This document shows positions 59,400 through 64,000 of a stretch of 64,000 nucleotides of DNA, piece after piece; the stretch's first letter is position 1, and every line of letters begins with the position of its first letter. Below the pieces are notes generated by a model, which was given only the letters and a program-made list of their open reading frames with translations, did no database searches and was not told the DNA's origin. The stretch is from positions 1-64,000 of the IMG/VR virus record IMGVR_UViG_3300036760_000306; one strand, written 5' to 3'. The stretch is from a virus. The position numbers and the translations under genes are program-made.

Positions 59400-60992
59400 T
59401 CAACTGCTCAACGTGTGGTTGTGGCCGTTCTGCGTGTGGTTGTGCCCAGTATCCGTAACCCCATGGCTGTGCCCAGAATCGGAGACGGTGACTCCGGTGG
59501 CGCTGGACCCTAAAGTATGGGTGTGCTGTGTCTGCGTTAAATTCAATGAATAGACGTACCACACATCAATGCCGTGATTACCGTGGTGGTTGCCCGTAAC
59601 ATCGAAAGTACCATTCACCGTATCCGTTGCTGCAAACGTTCTAACCTCACCGTCAACGCTGACCTTTAAAAATGCTGTCACGTTGTCATTTGGCACCCCG
59701 AAGGACGCGCCTAACTCGATAGTTACGCTAGTCCCACCACCCACCGGGGCGCTATTCACGTAGTTGGTGACGAAAAAGAAGGCTTTGGCACCCACGACAA
59801 CGCCCCCGCCAACCGGCTTGGTGAACACCTCTGCTAGAGCGCTACCGTTACGACCTGTGCCATTAATCGTGACTGTGCCGCCCGCCCAACCTGCGGGAAA
59901 CGTTACGTCCATGGTCCGGGGCACGCCGGGCTGTGCAGTGGGCACACTACTGGCGGCGGGTTGAGCGATGGTACCCTGAGTAAGTCCATCGGCTTCAACA
60001 GTGTTCAGGGCATACCACCCCGTCAACGTAACCGCATTGTTTACGGGAGTCGTGGAGCCCACCGTGTGGGTGTGTCCAGGATCCGTGACAGCGGTAACGG
60101 CCGTACCCGAGTTGATCGAGAGTCCGGTGGCACTTGAGTTGTTCGTAGGCGTGGTCGAGTTGACCGTGAGAGGATCCGAACCGCCTGCATGTGTCGCAGA
60201 GTGCGCAGTAGGAGTACGAGCGTTTGAAAGCCTAGGGTCGTTGCCAGCCGTAACTGTGTTGGCTGCGGAGCCGTAAGGGACTTCTTCCCATGTTGTGTTT
60301 GCGGCGTTTCGTTTGAGAAACCCATTTGCAAGCTTTGCAGGGAGTGCGTCTGCTTGTAAGCCCACAACCGAAGGAGCCGGGTAAACACCCGCTAAATCGC
60401 CACTAGCGGGACCAACAGGAGGCCCACCGCCAAAGACTATCGGAGCGTGGGTCCACTGGTTTAGAAACGAATCGTAAAGTAGGACATCCCCGTTGCTCGG
60501 GGGCGGCGCTTCGATTGGAATGCCCTCAAGACCCACGACGGTGGGGTTTGGGTAGGTTCCGAATAGATCCCCACCAGCAGGCCCAACCGGCGGACTTCCT
60601 GCAACCCAGTTAACACCGTCCGACCAATAGGGACCGTTATCGGTTGTGTTCCAGATCACGGTTCCGGAGGGGTACCCAGAAGCGGCGGGGAGAGTCAGAG
60701 TCGTGTACGCCTCGGGCGTAACGAACATTTGAGCGATGATGACGCCGACCTGGTGGAACTTCCGGATCGTGCCTGCCTCAAACGAAAGCAAAGATCGGCT
60801 GGATCCAGCGATGTCGATGAAGCCGCCTACAGGGACATAGCAGGCAACTTTGCGGTTCTGGTTCTCGTACCCAACGTCCAAGTCATTGATCAGGACCGGG
60901 TTCGTGTTGGGACGCCCGTCAGCCATCAAACCCGTATGCGTCAACCGAATCAGGAGGACGGGACGAGGCGCTGGGTTCGGCGTCGGGGGCAT
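59400..60992 (-). CDS. Virion fibre/decoration-type structural protein
   Basis: Duplicated PPVGPAxGDLxGxYPxPxVVGL, GNDPRLSNARTP, and several HxH metal-knot motifs (GHTHT, HSHG, HNHT) typical of tail fibres; start ATG 60992 chosen. Confidence 0.7.
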   Translation of the reverse strand: MPPTPNPAPRPVLLIRLTHTGLMADGRPNTNPVLINDLDVGYENQNRKVACYVPVGGFIDIAGSSRSLLSFEAGTIRKFHQVGVIIAQMFVTPEAYTTLTLPAASGYPSGTVIWNTTDNGPYWSDGVNWVAGSPPVGPAGGDLFGTYPNPTVVGLEGIPIEAPPPSNGDVLLYDSFLNQWTHAPIVFGGGPPVGPASGDLAGVYPAPSVVGLQADALPAKLANGFLKRNAANTTWEEVPYGSAANTVTAGNDPRLSNARTPTAHSATHAGGSDPLTVNSTTPTNNSSATGLSINSGTAVTAVTDPGHTHTVGSTTPVNNAVTLTGWYALNTVEADGLTQGTIAQPAASSVPTAQPGVPRTMDVTFPAGWAGGTVTINGTGRNGSALAEVFTKPVGGGVVVGAKAFFFVTNYVNSAPVGGGTSVTIELGASFGVPNDNVTAFLKVSVDGEVRTFAATDTVNGTFDVTGNHHGNHGIDVWYVYSLNLTQTQHTHTLGSSATGVTVSDSGHSHGVTDTGHNHTQNGHNHTLSS

Positions 60993-61048
60993 ACCAGGGC
61001 TTTTGACAAGAACAAAAACCCCGGATCCCCTAATCGTCCCCGCTAGGC

Positions 61049-61399
61049 ATGGACAAGGATCTGGACCGCTGGAATCGCAAACAAGCGGCATACCGTCGTA
61101 GAAAAGCCCTACAAGAGCGGGCCATCAATCATTTGGGCGGTAAGTGCCAGATTTGCGGTTACGCCAAGTGCCTGGCAGCCTTGGACATGCACCACACCGA
61201 TCCTATGGGTAAGGACTTCAACATCTCAGCGGGCTTGACCTCGTGGGAACGTGTTCTACCTGAGCTGGAGAAATGCGTGCTTTTGTGCTCAAACTGCCAT
61301 CGGGAAGTCCATGATGGGCTTCACCCCGGGTATCTCGAACTCGATGGTGTTTGGGGTTCTAGGTACGACACCGAACTGGAAACCGAGGACCTTCATTAG
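61049..61399 (+). CDS. Small HNH endonuclease
   Basis: GGKCQICGY..ALDMHH...CVLLCSNCHREVH. Confidence 0.85.
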   Translation: MDKDLDRWNRKQAAYRRRKALQERAINHLGGKCQICGYAKCLAALDMHHTDPMGKDFNISAGLTSWERVLPELEKCVLLCSNCHREVHDGLHPGYLELDGVWGSRYDTELETEDLH

Positions 61400-61834
61400 A
61401 TGCTTGCCTATTGGTTGAATGCTCAAGAGTGCCTGGATCTCCCGCTTGCTGAACTGCGGCGGAACGGGATTGTGTACGAGTCGATTCCTGTTCAGGACCC
61501 TTGGCCACATTTGAATCGAATCAAAGCGGAGCATGGGTATGTGGCTGAAGACCTGGTGGACTTGAACGCGACTCGACCGGACTTCGAGAACCTAGGCCGA
61601 GCGTTCAAGCGTGAACACTCTCACGAAGAAGATGAGGTCCGCTTCATCGTCTCAGGGAATGGCACTTTCGACATCCGGTCAAACGACGACTGCTGGATGC
61701 GAGTTTGGGTTGAGCCTGGGGACCTGATCATCATCCCGGCTGGCCGTCACCACCTGTTTCATTTGACCAGCGAAGGCATCGAGGCCATCCGGCTGTTCAA
61801 GAACGAGGCGGGTTGGGTGCCTAGCTATCGTTAG
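61400..61834 (+). CDS. mtnD: Acireductone dioxygenase (ARD cupin)
   Basis: EHSHEEDEVRFIVSGNGTFD, GDLIIIPAGRHH.F, AIRLF....GWV. Confidence 0.9.
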   Translation: MLAYWLNAQECLDLPLAELRRNGIVYESIPVQDPWPHLNRIKAEHGYVAEDLVDLNATRPDFENLGRAFKREHSHEEDEVRFIVSGNGTFDIRSNDDCWMRVWVEPGDLIIIPAGRHHLFHLTSEGIEAIRLFKNEAGWVPSYR

Positions 61835-62235
61835 CGACCCCAGCTAAGCCTAGCTGAGTACGACATCGTTACCACTATGTCGTAAGCTTCCGATGGATCT
61901 TGAGTTGAACCCATGAAAGAAGCGGTAACGGTAACGTACCAACCGCCTTTTGAGAACGGAATTTCAAAGGTCCATTGTTTGCCGCTGGTCAGGCTGGGCG
62001 AATTTCTGTTGCTATAGTATTCTGCCCGGTAGTTCTGGATGGGGATCCCAGCAGCAGAGAGTCTGTCGAAGATCGCTGTAATCGGCTTCCAGTCGCTATC
62101 TCTGTGGACCCCGCTTGTCCCCGTCTGGGTAAGCTTCCTCAAGTAGGTTTCTGCCCGAGCCCTGGTCAAGCCTTCTAGGCCCTGATCTTGAGCTTGCAGG
62201 TAACGGAGGGCTACTTTTTGAGTGGTAGGGTCCAT
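61831..62235 (-). CDS. Hypothetical protein with N-terminal tag motif
   Basis: Begins MDPTTQKVALRYLQA. Confidence 0.65.
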   Translation of the reverse strand: MDPTTQKVALRYLQAQDQGLEGLTRARAETYLRKLTQTGTSGVHRDSDWKPITAIFDRLSAAGIPIQNYRAEYYSNRNSPSLTSGKQWTFEIPFSKGGWYVTVTASFMGSTQDPSEAYDIVVTMSYSARLSWGR

Positions 62236-62262
62236 GTACACCACTGTCGGGACAACAATGCC

Positions 62263-63105
62263 TTATTTCTGAACAGTGCTGACCATCCCCAGGGGCTCAT
62301 CCGAAAGCTCGAACCGCATCACCTGCTCGAACCCGACCGGGACTCGCAGGAATGGCCCATCGAGGTACAGGGTGGCGTCGGTCGTGAGGCTGGTGAACGT
62401 GAACTTGTCGCCCAGCCAGACCAAGGAGCCCGTTTCGGTTTCGGAGCAGACCTCACGTAGGACGGTCTGGAGCTGCTTTGAGAGAAGAGGCAGCACTTTA
62501 CCGCCCGAGGACCTGATAGCCCCTGTGGAGCCCGCCCCGGTGCCCACCCAGAGCCCTGAGCAGGCGTAGCGAATCTTCCCCGGGGGTGCAATCCGGGTCA
62601 TGGCCGCCGGACACGTGTGGCTGAACAGGGCCTCATTGAGCACCCGGCGGCTCACCACTTGCTTGCCCACCGTCACGGACATCCTGGGGATCCAGGTGAC
62701 CTTGCGGTCCTCCGATAGCGCCTTCTTGAGCGCCTTGGTCAGCAGGTGCTTCTTCTCGAAGATCTGACAGAAGCGGCCCTTGCTGAATACCGGGTCACTG
62801 TTGATCGCGAACAGGAAGGCCTTTGGGCCAATGTTGTGGCTCGCCGACAAGACCGTGCCATCTCCGCCCACGGTAATCACGAGATCCCCGTGACCCGCTT
62901 TGAACCTCTGCCCAGCACCTTCCACGACCCAAGGCTTCACCCCGAGTTCAGACAGAACCGCGATGGTGAGATTCACGGTACGGACGTGACGGGCGTGGGA
63001 GCCCTCCATGCGGATCCTCGATACCTCGCTGAGCTTACCAAATTGGGCACGGTTTAGGCGGTATTGCTCCCAGGTGGACTGCTTCTTGACGAGGATGACT
63101 CTCAC
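62263..63105 (-). CDS. nadK: NAD(+) kinase
   Basis: TVGGDGTVL, LNEA, SGLWVGTGAGSTG..RSSGG, LDG. Confidence 0.9.
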   Translation of the reverse strand: MRVILVKKQSTWEQYRLNRAQFGKLSEVSRIRMEGSHARHVRTVNLTIAVLSELGVKPWVVEGAGQRFKAGHGDLVITVGGDGTVLSASHNIGPKAFLFAINSDPVFSKGRFCQIFEKKHLLTKALKKALSEDRKVTWIPRMSVTVGKQVVSRRVLNEALFSHTCPAAMTRIAPPGKIRYACSGLWVGTGAGSTGAIRSSGGKVLPLLSKQLQTVLREVCSETETGSLVWLGDKFTFTSLTTDATLYLDGPFLRVPVGFEQVMRFELSDEPLGMVSTVQK

Positions 63106-63156
63106 CAGAACCGCTTTTCAGGGGCCTTCTCAGCCTTTGCTTCGATTTCGTCCACT

Positions 63157-63390
63157 TCAGCTCCTACGTGTAGAACCAAAACCACCCTGGAAGAGCGCGT
63201 TGGGGTGCAGTTGAACACCGTCAAGTAGGAGGGGTTTTCGGTCGGGCATGATCTTGTAGACGGGAAGCCCGAGGTGAGCACGCAGCGAGGTCATCTCGGA
63301 TGCCGCTTTGCTCACGGTGAAGTGCGTGATTTCAGCGTCCCCTGACTTACCAGGGGACAGGATATCGACCATCTTGGGGAACAATGTCAT
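63157..63390 (-). CDS. Small hypothetical protein (possibly a fragment)
   Basis: 77-aa ORF in the - strand operon. Confidence 0.4.
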   Translation of the reverse strand: MTLFPKMVDILSPGKSGDAEITHFTVSKAASEMTSLRAHLGLPVYKIMPDRKPLLLDGVQLHPNALFQGGFGSTRRS

Positions 63391-63420
63391 GCCGATACCA
63401 CACTTGGACTCGGGAAAACT

Positions 63421-63852
63421 CTAGGCTTTGGTGACGATTTCACCAGACGACACCAAGGTTGCCTTCCCCATCAAGGTCTTGTTGTAGACGACCCGCCGGT
63501 CCCCATTCGAGGGGATGTCGAAGAAGAAACTATGCGCGTCCGTGCTACTGCGGAACACATCATAGACGATTCGAGGCGTACCCTCGCCGCATCCTAAAGC
63601 CTCTGCAACTTTCTGAAGGAGATCCGGTTCCTGCTGTAGAACCGACTTGCGTTCCTCCAGGCAGAATTGCCACTCGTGGGAGTGGCTAGCCGACCTGAAG
63701 GCATACATAATTTCGTAGAGCTGGCCCTCAACTCGGACCAAAGAGCCGGGCTGCCACCTAAGCTTAGGCGGTTTGCCCGTTTGCACCGCCATGCGGCCTC
63801 TACCTTCGGGACCCCGAAGGGTCATCATAGGGGGCAACTGAATCTTTTTCAT
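63421..63852 (-). CDS. Hypothetical protein
   Basis: 143-aa ORF with ATG start. Confidence 0.55.
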   Translation of the reverse strand: MKKIQLPPMMTLRGPEGRGRMAVQTGKPPKLRWQPGSLVRVEGQLYEIMYAFRSASHSHEWQFCLEERKSVLQQEPDLLQKVAEALGCGEGTPRIVYDVFRSSTDAHSFFFDIPSNGDRRVVYNKTLMGKATLVSSGEIVTKA

Positions 63853-64000
63853 CCTACGAGTGCTCTACCAGCTCTTTACGGAGCCGATCTTTCATTCGGC
63901 GCTTGCGCCGGTCACGCATCACTCCAGCCTTACGGCCACGAGCGATCACAGCAACCGAGTTACGAACCTCATTGCTCTTTACTTTGGTTGCCATGCCGTT

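Noticed and set aside
62236-62242. GGTGTAC directly before ATG 62235 (and GGTGTATG at ~7653) as promoter copies
   Set aside because: Spacing is incompatible with the 11-15 nt rule; more likely RBS-like or chance

Overview
The window is best read as a 64-kb piece of a large (jumbo-type) tailed-phage genome in the standard genetic code. It is gene-dense and mostly on the + strand, with no rRNA, tRNA or CRISPR array visible. It starts inside a >1280-aa virion-type protein, followed by a candidate lysis/envelope cassette. The replication block encodes an intein-containing SNF2 helicase, a degenerate DnaC-like loader, a DnaB-type helicase with two inteins, a stand-alone primase Zn-finger and a family A DNA polymerase. 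Further genes include a DUF2997-DUF1257-Ycf46 AAA triad, a deoxyribonucleotidase, ThyX, ClpX with an intein, a Dam-type methylase, RNase HII, SpeD, MtnD, a nitrilase, NAD kinase, macro and SLOG domains, a DHH phosphoesterase, polyvalent proteins (zincin, ART-like, LPD1-like, topoisomerase IB) and several decayed homing endonucleases. Three signals are not explained by gene annotation. (1) A short helical tag, roughly L-x-x-[RK]-[VIL]-[AVL]-x-R-[FYW]-L-x-A, occurs about 13 times in 10 otherwise unrelated ORFs, at N-termini and at domain junctions; it is a candidate capsid-loading/processing signal for injected cargo. (2) A GGTGTA[GAT] element lies a near-fixed distance upstream of start codons, suggesting a promoter class that makes leaderless mRNAs. 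(3) Direct repeats at stop/RBS/start junctions suggest cargo-gene cassette shuffling. All family assignments come from motif recognition by eye; no searches were run.
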